From positions 1-40,068 of the forward strand of contig JAISYN010000095.1 of assembly GCA_031269915.1 (NCBI GenBank): a stretch of 40,068 bases of DNA. Direction: 5' to 3'. The notes below the pieces were generated by a model that did no database searches, was not told the origin of the DNA, and saw only the letters and a program-made list of their open reading frames with translations. The translations under genes were made by a program, and so were the position numbers. The DNA is from Synergistaceae bacterium (GTDB lineage: Bacteria > Synergistota > Synergistia > Synergistales > Synergistaceae). Position 1 is the first letter of the stretch; every line of letters begins with the position of its first letter. This document shows positions 7,046 to 16,699 of the stretch, piece after piece.

Positions 7046-8602
7046 TTACCTCCCGACAAGCCAGACGATAAGCCCTATCAATGAAACGTTGACGAACCAG
7101 TAGCGAATCGTTGCGGCCATGATTTTATTCTCCCCGCCCCTTCCGATTCCGACATTGGCAGCGCCGGTCATGATGGTCGAAGGCGAGATGGATACGCTGA
7201 GGGAACCGCCGACCGACTGCGAGGCGGCCATGAGCACCGCGCTTTTTCCGAGAGCGGCCGCGGTTTTGTACTGCATCATACCGAACATTACGTTCGAGTT
7301 TGTATTGCTGCCGGTGATAAACGTGCCAAGGGCGCCGATGAAAGGCGACGCGAGAGGATAGAGGCTTCCGAAAGTTTCGGCGACGCCTCTTGCGAGGTAA
7401 TTGGTCATTCCCGAGTCGGTCATTGTGAGCGCCATCATCACTATCGTCGCGATGCCCGCGGACATCGGCACGCATTTCGCCGAGGTCTTTTTCATAGCGA
7501 TCCGCAGCAATTCGGCGGAACCGTAGGGGCAGTTGCCGAGTTTGGGGTATATGACGGCGCCGAACAGGGCCGCGGCGGTCAAAATCAGCATCGGATGCGA
7601 AAAGAATTGTATCTTGGCGTAGTTCGGCGCGGCATCCGTGGTATACCCCAGAACCGTCGACACAGACGGGAAGTCGAGCCCCCAGTAATAGGGGCTCAGC
7701 GCGCTTTTGACCGCCGGTATCTGCGACAGCAGAGTGAGCGCGATAACGACGTAATACGGCGATGCGGCTGAATGGAAACTCATTTTGTTATCCGATTCGG
7801 CGGGGATTTTGCCTTCTCTGCTCTTTTTCAGTATCGATATGGAGGAGAGCAGTAAACAGCCGCTCATGCCCGCGGCTAGGGTCGATATCTGCGCCATGCC
7901 TATTTTGTTCATGAACCAGAGCATGAAAGACATGAGCGCTCCTGTCGCTAAAACGGGCGCGGCCCCTTTTTTCAGGGCGGGGAAACCTCCGTATATGTGC
8001 AGGACTGAGAATCCGGTCGAGAAGACCGCGGCCGAAAAGAGCAGGGACATGGCCGGGCCTATCGTTTCCCCGGGCAGGCCGGTCACCAGTTGAATGGCGT
8101 TGTAGCTCGAACCCATAGAGCCGAAGGATATTGACCAGGAGTGTCCGATAAGACAGGCCGCGACGGAGACTATGGGGTCGAAACCTATCGCGGCCATGAT
8201 TGGCGCGACTATCGCGACCGGCACTCCGAAGCCGGCGATTCCTTGAAGAAGAGCTGAAAAACACCATGAGAGCAAAAGGCATTGAATCATCTTGTCGTCG
8301 GAGATATTGCGCATCACGCCGCTGATTATTTTCACGGCGCCCGCGCTATCCGCCACGTTATACAGGAGAATCGCGCTCCAGATGATGAGCAGCACGTACA
8401 GAGAGAGCGCGAGGCCTTTGGCGTTGGCGAGAGCCATCAGCCGCGGGCCGGCCTTGAAGAAGAAGTATGCCGCGAAGATTCCGACGAACCACGAGACGGC
8501 CCCCACCTTAAACGACTCCCAGTGGAACAGGAGAATGCATCCAAGCAGAACTATGACCGGCGCGGCCGAAACAAACCAGTGAAGTAAATTTATGGATTCC
8601 AT
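7046..8602 (-). CDS. L-lactate/glycolate permease family transporter (LctP family)
   Basis: FSALLQGIAGFGVPVAIVAPIMAAIGFDP and GTFITGSNTNSNVMFGMMQ match the LctP signatures (E. coli LldP has FLEGAAGFGAPVAI and FLTGSDTSSNALF). Start is ATG 8602 (MESINLL); the TTG at 8620 and ATG at 8611 are alternatives. Confidence 0.85.
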   Translation of the reverse strand: MESINLLHWFVSAAPVIVLLGCILLFHWESFKVGAVSWFVGIFAAYFFFKAGPRLMALANAKGLALSLYVLLIIWSAILLYNVADSAGAVKIISGVMRNISDDKMIQCLLLSWCFSALLQGIAGFGVPVAIVAPIMAAIGFDPIVSVAACLIGHSWSISFGSMGSSYNAIQLVTGLPGETIGPAMSLLFSAAVFSTGFSVLHIYGGFPALKKGAAPVLATGALMSFMLWFMNKIGMAQISTLAAGMSGCLLLSSISILKKSREGKIPAESDNKMSFHSAASPYYVVIALTLLSQIPAVKSALSPYYWGLDFPSVSTVLGYTTDAAPNYAKIQFFSHPMLILTAAALFGAVIYPKLGNCPYGSAELLRIAMKKTSAKCVPMSAGIATIVMMALTMTDSGMTNYLARGVAETFGSLYPLASPFIGALGTFITGSNTNSNVMFGMMQYKTAAALGKSAVLMAASQSVGGSLSVSISPSTIMTGAANVGIGRGGENKIMAATIRYWFVNVSLIGLIVWLVGR

Positions 8603-8678
8603 ATCGTTCATCTCTTTCAACTATATTCGAAGCATGTCGTTCATCTGCGATTATCGCACGAAAATTAATATGCGCGGT

Positions 8679-8732
8679 AAAAAACAAAGCATCCCGGCGG
8701 AATCCCAAACGCTGGGAGTCTCCGGGATGCTT
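8679..8732 (-). terminator. intrinsic terminator after nhaC
   Basis: 11-bp stem AAGCATCCCGG/CCGGGATGCTT. On the minus strand it is followed by TGTTTTTT, directly downstream of the NhaC stop at 8739. Confidence 0.6.
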
Positions 8733-8738
8733 TTGCGC

Positions 8739-10154
8739 TCAGTCGAGATCCCCATATCCTCCGGCAGGCCTGCGCCAGATTTTGGCTCCGGTGATGTCGT
8801 ATATAACGAGGAAAACCATTCCGAGGTATGTCAGGGGGGAATACATAATGTATTCTCCAGTTGGGACGCCAAGCGTGTTCGCTATAAACGCGCCGGTGAC
8901 GCTCCACGGCACTATGGGCGCCAGCGCTGTGCCGCTGTCCTCCAGCATGCGGGATATATTCGCCCTGTGCAGGTTGTAGCTGTCGTAGAGAGGACGCATG
9001 ACCGGGCCGAGCACGGCGAACGTGACATAGTAGCTGCCTGTTATGCAGAAAAACGCGGTATGCGTGATGAACGCGCAGACCTGCATGAGGTTCTCGCTCT
9101 TTGCCTTGCTCTTTATCTGATTTATCAGTATCGCGATCACGCCGGCCGTCTTCAGCGGAGCGCCGAAAATGGCGGCCGCTATGAGCAGCACCACCGAACT
9201 CAGCATGCTGTTGAGGCCGCCTCGAATCAGCATGCTGTCTATTACGGCGATTTCGGACTTTGCGGTATAGCCCTTCTGGAGCGCCGATGATATTTCCCCC
9301 AAGCTCAGTCCCTGAAAGAAATAAGCGAGTACGCAGCCCAAGGCGATGCCCACGGTGAATACCGGAAGAGCCGGCTTTTTCAGTATTATCAGTCCCAGCA
9401 CCGCTACGGGCGGCAGGAGCAGTATCGGTGAGAGCGAGAATATCGAGCTGAGGCCGGACGTTATGATTTCGACGCTGTCTCCCGTTATGACGCGTCCGGC
9501 CGCCGCGCGTCCCAGGAACAGATACAGCGCCATGGATATGAGATATGGCGGTACCGTCGTCCAGAGCATGTATTTTATGTGATTGATTATATCCACGCCC
9601 GAGACGGCCGACGACATGACTGTGGTATCCGAGAGAGGGGACAGCTTATCCCCGAAAATAGCGCCGGTCACTATAGCCCCGGCGGTATATGCGAGAGGAA
9701 TTTCAAGCCCCGCGGATACTCCCATCAGAGCCACTCCGACCGTCCCTATGGTGCCCCAGGATGTTCCCATGCACACCGACATCATCGTGCAGACGATCAG
9801 AGTCACTATCAGAAACGAGCCTGGAGAGAGTATTTTGAGGCCGTAATAGACCATAAGCGGCACGGTTCCGCACGCTATCCAGATGCCTATCATCAGTCCG
9901 ACCGACAACAGGATCAGTATGGCGGGCAGCATGGCGTTTATATTGCTGAGCATGTCCCGCTCCAGATCTTTCCATTTTATTCCCCAGATCATGCAGGCGG
10001 CCGAGCTTACGACACCCGCCGTAAGGAGCACTATCGATGAATTTGCCTTCACCCAGAGAACCCCGCCAAAGACCATAAGTATGGACAGTACAAACAGAAC
10101 TAAAGCTTTTGCCGCGGACAAATTTTGACTTTCCTGTTCCCTCACGTATCTCAC
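8739..10154 (-). CDS. nhaC: NhaC-family Na+/H+ (or organic anion) antiporter
   Basis: GTG start. Motifs: LPAILILLSVGLMIGIWIACGTVP, YYGLKILSP, GTSWGTIGTVGVALMG, GAIFGDKLSPLSDTT. Close to the NhaC consensus throughout. Confidence 0.85.
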   Translation of the reverse strand: MRYVREQESQNLSAAKALVLFVLSILMVFGGVLWVKANSSIVLLTAGVVSSAACMIWGIKWKDLERDMLSNINAMLPAILILLSVGLMIGIWIACGTVPLMVYYGLKILSPGSFLIVTLIVCTMMSVCMGTSWGTIGTVGVALMGVSAGLEIPLAYTAGAIVTGAIFGDKLSPLSDTTVMSSAVSGVDIINHIKYMLWTTVPPYLISMALYLFLGRAAAGRVITGDSVEIITSGLSSIFSLSPILLLPPVAVLGLIILKKPALPVFTVGIALGCVLAYFFQGLSLGEISSALQKGYTAKSEIAVIDSMLIRGGLNSMLSSVVLLIAAAIFGAPLKTAGVIAILINQIKSKAKSENLMQVCAFITHTAFFCITGSYYVTFAVLGPVMRPLYDSYNLHRANISRMLEDSGTALAPIVPWSVTGAFIANTLGVPTGEYIMYSPLTYLGMVFLVIYDITGAKIWRRPAGGYGDLD

Positions 10155-10174
10155 CCCGTAATATTCAATATCAT

Positions 10175-11347
10175 TCAGCAGATTATGTCGCGTATCACTC
10201 TTTCATATATCTCCGCAGCCTGCTCGACCTCCTTTATCGATCCGAATTCGTTCGGGCCGTGAAATCCCTCTCCGGACGGCCCGAATGTTACCGTGGGAAT
10301 GCCGCCTAAAACCACCAGGTAATTGGAGTCGCACACGGAACGATCTATTTCGAGCGACGGATCGCTTCCTGTCACCTCCCTGAAGTTGCGCGTCACCGAC
10401 AGAAGCAGAGGATGATCCCGCTCTATTACGAAACTCTCCATGAAAGGGGTATCCCTTTTGGTCAGAGCCACGGTCACTCTGTCCTCGATCCCCAGTGATT
10501 TCGCGGCGCCGAGCACCTGCGCTGTGCAACTTTCCGGGGTCTCTCCGGGAACCACGTAGCGATCGATGAAAATACCGCATTTGTCCGGTACTGAGAGCGT
10601 GGTCTTTATGCCGCCCTCTATGTGGCGTATGCACCACGTTCCGCTCCCCGCCTCGGGGTGTTTCGCGGTCGGGAGTTCCTCTATGGCGACCGCGAGCTTT
10701 GCCGCGTCAATTATGGCGTTCCGCCCCATCTCGGGGTATCTGCTGGCGTGCGCGGCCGCGCCGCGGACATCGGCCGTCATGCTGTAGCGGCCCCGAAAGC
10801 CGATGGCGATATTGCTGAAACGGCATTCCGCCATGATCGCCATGTCGGCCGACAGTCCTTCCTTGAGCAGCTTGTATGTGCCGCGGGACAATCCCTCTTC
10901 ATCGGCGGAAAACGCCAGATGCAAGTCGCCTCTGTTTTGTGGGCGGCCGCCGCTTTTTTCGATGAACCTGTTCACCGCTTCCAGAATTGCCGCTATGCCG
11001 CCCTTCATGTCCGACGAGCCGAGAGCGTACACGCGATCCCCGTCTACGACGGGAGTGAAAGGGTCGGTCCTCCATCCTTCTGTCACGGCTACAGTGTCGA
11101 GATGGCCTATGAGGAGCAGCGATTTCGCGGACGGGTCAGAGCCCTTGAGAGTGGTTTTTAAGGACGGCCACTTCTTCTCCTCGGCCCAGTGCCATTCGAC
11201 GGGCAGCCCCATGCTTTCCAGTTCCCCCGCGACGTATCCGGCTACGGCCTCCTCGCTTCCGGTTACGCTCGGCGTGCGGATGAGCCTGTCATAGCGCGCG
11301 AACAATCTGTTATCGGGCAAATATCTTTCTTCTGAACCCATTTTCAA
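10175..11347 (-). CDS. M20-family metallopeptidase (ArgE/DapE/acetylornithine deacetylase-like)
   Basis: TTG lies 6 nt after GGAGG. Motifs: LLLIGHLDTV, SSDMKGGIAA, FSADEEG, GPSGEGFHGPNE. Confidence 0.8.
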   Translation of the reverse strand: MKMGSEERYLPDNRLFARYDRLIRTPSVTGSEEAVAGYVAGELESMGLPVEWHWAEEKKWPSLKTTLKGSDPSAKSLLLIGHLDTVAVTEGWRTDPFTPVVDGDRVYALGSSDMKGGIAAILEAVNRFIEKSGGRPQNRGDLHLAFSADEEGLSRGTYKLLKEGLSADMAIMAECRFSNIAIGFRGRYSMTADVRGAAAHASRYPEMGRNAIIDAAKLAVAIEELPTAKHPEAGSGTWCIRHIEGGIKTTLSVPDKCGIFIDRYVVPGETPESCTAQVLGAAKSLGIEDRVTVALTKRDTPFMESFVIERDHPLLLSVTRNFREVTGSDPSLEIDRSVCDSNYLVVLGGIPTVTFGPSGEGFHGPNEFGSIKEVEQAAEIYERVIRDIIC

Positions 11348-11723
11348 TCTCAGCCTCCCTTTTAGATATTACTTTACAATATTTGGAACCAACTCCTGGA
11401 AACAGACGGCGGAAATGGTTCACACAAAAAGCCCTTACGGTTCTTGGCACTGATTTTATCAACTGTGATCCATTTACGGCAACCTATATTCCGCAACCTG
11501 TTAATATTTACATTAATTACACTAAATACAGTTTTTACAGGATAAATACTATCATTGCCCAGATCGGAAGTCAACAAACGCCGATCGATTTATGTTTTGC
11601 CGGCGGGCCTGCGCGAAATCCTCGCGGTAAATATTTCGATGCTATTAGTAAAATAAAGTCAAAGCTTATAAACGCTTTTCCGCGTCGAACTGGAGTGACT
11701 GGCCGCCCGTCCGCAATGCGCGG

Positions 11724-11770
11724 CGAGGCGCCTCCGGGGGAAGGGGTTTCGCGGAGGCGCCTCGTTTTTT
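11724..11770 (+). terminator. strong plus-strand intrinsic terminator with no annotated plus-strand gene upstream
   Basis: Perfect 13-bp stem CGAGGCGCCTCCG/CGGAGGCGCCTCG, a 15-nt loop, then TTTTTT. On the minus strand no U-tract follows the stem. Confidence 0.6.
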
Positions 11771-11784
11771 GTCTTTATCATCGG

Positions 11785-11814
11785 GAAAAATTTCCGGTCC
11801 GGGCAGTTGCCCGG
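11785..11814 (-). terminator. weak hairpin plus U-run after the YbaK-like gene
   Basis: CCGGGC-aact-GCCCGG on the minus strand, followed by ACCGGAAAUUUUU, starting 4 nt after the stop at 11818. Confidence 0.35.
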
Positions 11815-11817
11815 TTT

Positions 11818-12303
11818 CTATTTTTTGATGTCGGTTTTCGTTCCGCCCGTTATCCTCAGCAGTTCCCCGGGCGATATCGGGAAGAAGTCGTGATCCGATC
11901 CCGCCGCAGCCCATACCGTGTCGAACTGAAATAAATCCTCGTCCAACAGGGTTTTGGGTTGCTCCGGATATCCAACCGGAGGCACGCCGCCCGGCTCGAA
12001 AGAGGAGAACGCTTTTATCGCCTCCGCAGAACCCATTCTCACCTTGGACGCGCCGAGCGCTCGCCTCACTTTTTTGTCGTTGACCCTGTTCGATCCCGAC
12101 ATCAAAGCGAGCGCCCACTCCCTGTCATCCACGAAAAACAGCAGGCTTTTCAAAATTTTTTCGGGCGGGGCTCCTACCGTCCGGGAGGCGTCTCCGACGG
12201 TAAATATCGTCTCGCCCGTATGGACTATCCGCGACGCGAGGCCGGACGCTTCCAGGAATGTCCTGACGCGGGCCACCGGATCTTCTTCGGGCAGGTCAGT
12301 CAC
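11818..12303 (-). CDS. YbaK/ProX-type aminoacyl-tRNA editing (deacylase) domain protein
   Basis: GTG start overlapping the slt stop by 8 nt. KSLLFFVDD..WALALMSGSNRVNDKKV...FEPGGVPPVGYP is the YbaK/ProRS-INS domain pattern. Confidence 0.75.
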   Translation of the reverse strand: MTDLPEEDPVARVRTFLEASGLASRIVHTGETIFTVGDASRTVGAPPEKILKSLLFFVDDREWALALMSGSNRVNDKKVRRALGASKVRMGSAEAIKAFSSFEPGGVPPVGYPEQPKTLLDEDLFQFDTVWAAAGSDHDFFPISPGELLRITGGTKTDIKK

Positions 12304-14362
12304 CGTCGCTCCCCCCTCTTTCGGCGTACAGCAATTTATAGACTTCGATGTTCCTCAGCACGGCTTTGACGTATCCCCTGGTCTCCCGGTACGCGATGTC
12401 CTCCACCCATTCGGCCATATCCGTTATCGGAGCTTTACTCCATCTGGAGACCGGCGAACCGCCGGCGTTATACGCGGCGAGGGCGAGCGGGGCCTGTTTG
12501 AAGCGCGCGAATAACCAGGCGAGGTAATTGGCGCCGAGCAATATATTGTCGGCGGGTCGGAGATACGCGTCGGCGGACATGGCCATTTTTTTTGACTCGT
12601 CTTTTGCTGTCGCGGGCATCAGCTGCATAAGGCCGTAGGCCCCGGCGCTGCTCGTCACGTTGGGTTCGTAAACGCTCTCCTGCCTCATTACGCCCCATAT
12701 CACTCCCTGCGGCGTTCCCGTCCTGTCCGACGCGGCCTCTACGGCCGCTTTGAACGCCTGCGGATACGATATTTTGAGCATCTCCGCCGCCGCCAGTTCG
12801 TCGGGGGGCAGCGCCTTGCGCATTACCGAAAAGGTGCGGACGGCCGACGGGAAATCCCCGTTCCAGAGGGCAAGGCGCGCAGACCTGTAAAGGACTGGTA
12901 TGTCCTCGCTCGTGACGTTCGCGGATGTGATGCCTGAGCTTGCGAGCCGGGCGTCGGTCACGAACCCCCATTCGGAGAGATCGTCCGAGACGACGTATTT
13001 TTCGGGCGCGTCCCCGGATTTTATCCCTCCGTCGGGGCTTGCCAGGAAAGTATAATACTCGGCGGGCCATCTTGAGACGAGCTGATTTTTTATCCGCTCC
13101 GCCGCTATCGGGCTGTTCAGTTTTTCCAGCGCCCTCATCTGCCAGTAAAGCAGCCGCGAGGCGGTCTCCGGATTTTCGATATCGTGAGAATATCCGGCCG
13201 ACCATTGGTCGTAGGCATCCCTGTATCTTTTCTCTTTCCAGGCGCGCCATCCGCGCTCCCATCGGATCGCCGCCGCCTGCGCGCTCGACGTGTGAATGGC
13301 GAAGAGAATGCGTTCGGCCTCTGCCGCCTCGGACGGCCCGCCTATTCTCATGAGTGCGGCAAGCGCGTCCGACGCGACCGCCGGATAATCTTTCTCGCGG
13401 GCCGCGGCCGCTTTTTTGAAAAGTCCGATTATTTCGTCTTTTTTATAGCGTCCCGCCAAAGTTTCGAGCCTCTGCACGGAGCGTTGGGGATAATCGAAAC
13501 CGGTGAGGGCCAAATCCGACCACAATTTGTACGCCGTATCGTCTTTTTTCTCGCGGTATGCGGAGTAAGCGTGATAATATCTGGCGGCTTCCCCATACGC
13601 GATGTCTTTTGAAGCGAGTTCAAAGTGCGCCATGGCTTCGCCGTATTTTTTGCCGATATATGCCCTGTAGCCCAACGCGTATTCCACGAGGCCGCTCGTA
13701 CCGGCCTTGGCGTCAGCCAGCAGGGCGAGGGCTCTTTTGTCCGTTGGGGAATTTATCAGTAAGGCCGCCGCGTCCTCCGGGCCCGCGCCTCCAAGCTCAA
13801 TTATCTGAGAGAGCGCCTGAACCGCGTGTTTTTTGTCGGACGCCAGATCGTACATCCTCCTGAACCAGACGACGGATTCGTCTTTCATGGACAGATCGCG
13901 GGAGAGGCGGGCAATCGCGTAGGCGACATAATACCTCATGTTTTCGGGCGGTCCGCTCTCCCACAGGGATAGCCCCTTGCCGTACGCCTCCTCTTTCCTG
14001 CCCGTTCGCTCAGTACCTAATACGAACAGCATATCGGCGTAAGCACGTAAGCCATCTGGAAAATCTTGTAGTATGCTTTCCAGGACGGAAACGCTTTCCT
14101 CATAGCGGCCCTGGAGCCAGAGAGCGTTGACGTAGATGGATTTTTCGCGCGCAGAGAGGGGCGAGGAGACGCCGGCGATGTCTCCCGACGCGGCGGAGGA
14201 ATAGATTTCGTCCAGCGCGTGCCAGTCTCGCGACCAAAAAGAGGACTCGATATCATTCGAGGTATTTGCGGAAACAGCGCAAAATACTATCGCCGCAATT
14301 GAAAATATGGCTGGGAAAAGAAATTTTCGGGAGAATCTCGCGATGATGTTATCCGATTTCAT
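12296..14362 (-). CDS. soluble lytic murein transglycosylase (Slt70-like: helical-repeat N-domain plus C-terminal SLT domain)
   Basis: ATG at 14362 gives MKSDNIIARFSRKFLFPAIFSIAAIVFCAVSA (signal or anchor sequence). The C-terminus has GVMRQESVYEPNVTSSAGAYGLMQLMPATA...AYNAG, the SLT catalytic motif with Glu. Confidence 0.85.
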   Translation of the reverse strand: MKSDNIIARFSRKFLFPAIFSIAAIVFCAVSANTSNDIESSFWSRDWHALDEIYSSAASGDIAGVSSPLSAREKSIYVNALWLQGRYEESVSVLESILQDFPDGLRAYADMLFVLGTERTGRKEEAYGKGLSLWESGPPENMRYYVAYAIARLSRDLSMKDESVVWFRRMYDLASDKKHAVQALSQIIELGGAGPEDAAALLINSPTDKRALALLADAKAGTSGLVEYALGYRAYIGKKYGEAMAHFELASKDIAYGEAARYYHAYSAYREKKDDTAYKLWSDLALTGFDYPQRSVQRLETLAGRYKKDEIIGLFKKAAAAREKDYPAVASDALAALMRIGGPSEAAEAERILFAIHTSSAQAAAIRWERGWRAWKEKRYRDAYDQWSAGYSHDIENPETASRLLYWQMRALEKLNSPIAAERIKNQLVSRWPAEYYTFLASPDGGIKSGDAPEKYVVSDDLSEWGFVTDARLASSGITSANVTSEDIPVLYRSARLALWNGDFPSAVRTFSVMRKALPPDELAAAEMLKISYPQAFKAAVEAASDRTGTPQGVIWGVMRQESVYEPNVTSSAGAYGLMQLMPATAKDESKKMAMSADAYLRPADNILLGANYLAWLFARFKQAPLALAAYNAGGSPVSRWSKAPITDMAEWVEDIAYRETRGYVKAVLRNIEVYKLLYAERGGSDGD

Positions 14363-15326
14363 GAATTTAGTTCCGCCTTTCTGCTCAAATATCGATTCGA
14401 ACACTCCAGTCGTTCCAGCGTGGGAACGGGACGCGGTCGCTCTGGGCGCGCTCGCCGCGCTCGCCACATACGAAGAGCTGATGCTCTCTCCGAAACCCGG
14501 ACTGGTCTGCCCTGATTCGCCCGGCAGCCACTCCGATATGAACTGGATAACCTTCCTGATCGGTGCGTCGGCAATTGCCCCCTTGTGGCGGGTTCAGGCG
14601 CACGCCGGACTTTGCTGCGGACATTATAAACCATTGAGCGAACTTGCCGATAAATTGCGCGTGACCGGAAGAAAGATGGAATGCGCGATGTTCGAGGCCA
14701 CCGGAGGAGTGAATACGCACAAAGGGCTGATATTCGCGCTGTCGCTGCTTGTGGCCGCCTCCGGCGCGCGCATTCCGGCCCGGGAATATTCGCCTAGCGC
14801 CGTATTGGAAGCGGCCGGCGGTATTATCGCCTCAGACGTCGGAAGAGAATTTAACTCGATCGCCCAAAAAGTAGAAAGAGGGGAGAAGATGACTCATGGA
14901 GAAAAAATTTATTTTTTGCATGGAATAGGAGGTATAAGAGCTGAGGCAGCCGGAGGATTCCCGTCAGTAAAAGCGGGCCTCGGAGCGCTGGAAGAAGCGC
15001 TTTCGGAAGGCGCCGCGCTCCGTGACGCTGCGATAAAGGCGATGCTGACGATTATGTTGGAGTGTGAGGACACCAACGTCATACACAGGGCGGGTGTGAA
15101 TTTCTGGCGCGGCGAATATAAGGAGAGAGTGAGCGGGGCGCTGCGGGGTTTCGATCCGGTATGTCCCGGGCGATACGAGCCGTTGCGCGGACTTGGGGGC
15201 AGATTAATCGAATTGGGAGCGAGTCCTGGAGGTGCGGCGGATCTTTTAGCCTGTACACTTTTCATGTATCGTAGTAAAATATCAGGCAACAAGCTGCTAA
15301 AAAAACGAAGGAGGGAAATGAAATGA
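14343..15326 (+). CDS. citG: triphosphoribosyl-dephospho-CoA synthase (CitG/MdcB family)
   Basis: Motifs: SPKPGLVCPDSPGSHSDMNW, ATGGVNTHKGLIFAL, GIRAEAAGGFP, NVIHRAGV, SPGGAADLLA. The start is uncertain: ATG 14343 follows GGGAGA by 8 nt; ATG 14361 and ATG 14307 are alternatives. Confidence 0.8.
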   Translation: MMLSDFMNLVPPFCSNIDSNTPVVPAWERDAVALGALAALATYEELMLSPKPGLVCPDSPGSHSDMNWITFLIGASAIAPLWRVQAHAGLCCGHYKPLSELADKLRVTGRKMECAMFEATGGVNTHKGLIFALSLLVAASGARIPAREYSPSAVLEAAGGIIASDVGREFNSIAQKVERGEKMTHGEKIYFLHGIGGIRAEAAGGFPSVKAGLGALEEALSEGAALRDAAIKAMLTIMLECEDTNVIHRAGVNFWRGEYKERVSGALRGFDPVCPGRYEPLRGLGGRLIELGASPGGAADLLACTLFMYRSKISGNKLLKKRRREMK

Positions 15327-15715
15327 GCCTTGGATTACGATTGCGGACGCTCAGAAAAAACGCGTCTCTGACACAACAGAAACTGGCGGACAATGTCGGC
15401 GTGAGCCGGATATATATCCAGGCGCTGGAGAGCAACAGGCGGGTGCCGTCCATCAAGCTGCTCTATCGTCTGGCGGACGCGCTTTCGGCCACAGTGAACG
15501 ACATAGTGGACGAATATCCTCCCAAAGGCGGCCGCCTGCAGATCGAAGAACTTTTGTCCAGCGGGGAGTCGGAAGTGTGGTTTCACAGGAAAAAGCTCTC
15601 GGACGGCGAATTGCGGCAGATTGAGCGCGTTATCGACGCTATCCTGACGGACTATGACGACGCGGGCGGTTCCCGTTCGCGCAAGCATGAAAGAAGGACG
15701 AAAAACCCCGCCTGA
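15323..15715 (+). CDS. XRE-family helix-turn-helix transcriptional regulator
   Basis: ATGA overlap with the citG stop. LRTLRKNASLTQQKLADNVGVSRIYIQALESNRRVPSIKLLYRLADAL is a canonical HTH_3 (Cro/C1) domain. Confidence 0.85.
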   Translation: MSLGLRLRTLRKNASLTQQKLADNVGVSRIYIQALESNRRVPSIKLLYRLADALSATVNDIVDEYPPKGGRLQIEELLSSGESEVWFHRKKLSDGELRQIERVIDAILTDYDDAGGSRSRKHERRTKNPA

Positions 15716-15733
15716 CAAGGGTATCGGCGGGGG

Positions 15734-16699
15734 ATGAACCTAAGGAGAATAGCGTTTTTCATTCCGCTCCTCGGTTGCGGGCGCAGGTGCGTCTATTGCG
15801 ATCAGAACGCGATAACGCGTGACGCCGGAGCGGGCGGCGCTGCGACTCCCGGCGCTGTCCGGGAGGTTCTGGCCGCTCTGGACTCGCCCGTTGAGTTGTG
15901 TTATTTCGGAGGAAGTTTCGCGCGCGTTCCCCGCGCGCGGATGATCGATTTTTTGGATGCGGTGCGCGCGGCGCCCTCGGGCAGCGTGATAACTTTTTCA
16001 TCATACCCCGGCGATTTTGACGGGGCATATGGACTGGAAACCATCGCGACCCTGAAGAAATATCCCATAGCGACCATTGAGCTTGGCATCCCGTCCATGG
16101 ACGCCGCGATACTCGAAGCATGCGGCCGGGGCGGTGACTCCGAGGCGATAAAATTTGCGGTGAAGCGCCTGCGCGACAACGGTTTCCACCTGGGCGCGCA
16201 GATTATGATCGGCCTGCCCGGACAGACCGCGGATAGTGCCATGTCCGACGTGAACACGCTTGCTTCGCTCATGCCCGAGGGCGGAAAGTGGGATTTCAGA
16301 TTGTACCCATGCCTGGTGCTTGAAGGCACGGAACTCGAAGCCATGTACAGGCGCGGCGAATACCGTCCCCTGGAACTGGGCGAAGCTGTGCGGATGAGCG
16401 GGAAATTGACGTTGGAGGCCGAACGTCTCGGTTTCAGAGTGATCCGCGTCGGCCTGCCCGAATCCACGAGCTTGAAAAAATCCGTACTGTCCGGGCCGTA
16501 TCACCCCGCGTTCGGAGAACTCGCCCTGTCCGAAAAGACAGCCCTCTCCCTTGTCGCTCAAAAACCCAAAGGCCCTTGGACTATAGAGGCGAAAAATATT
16601 TCACACCTTACCGGACACGGCGCCCGCGGTATAAAACGCGTTGCCGAATTGGCGGGGATGACCGAAAAAGAAGTGAGGTCGCTGCTGCGCGTCCATTGA
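15734..16699 (+). CDS. radical SAM protein (ELP3-like, no acetyltransferase domain)
   Basis: CGRRCVYC gives the CX3CX2C cluster motif at residues 15-22. YFGGSF and IELGIPSMD...IMIGLPGQT are typical of ELP3/HemN-like radical SAM cores. Confidence 0.8.
   Translation: MNLRRIAFFIPLLGCGRRCVYCDQNAITRDAGAGGAATPGAVREVLAALDSPVELCYFGGSFARVPRARMIDFLDAVRAAPSGSVITFSSYPGDFDGAYGLETIATLKKYPIATIELGIPSMDAAILEACGRGGDSEAIKFAVKRLRDNGFHLGAQIMIGLPGQTADSAMSDVNTLASLMPEGGKWDFRLYPCLVLEGTELEAMYRRGEYRPLELGEAVRMSGKLTLEAERLGFRVIRVGLPESTSLKKSVLSGPYHPAFGELALSEKTALSLVAQKPKGPWTIEAKNISHLTGHGARGIKRVAELAGMTEKEVRSLLRVH

Noticed and set aside
11383-11934. 183-aa plus-strand ORF in the 11.3-11.8 kb spacer.
   Set aside because: It has no RBS, reads straight through a strong intrinsic terminator and then runs antisense into the YbaK-like gene. 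Its composition changes abruptly along its length.
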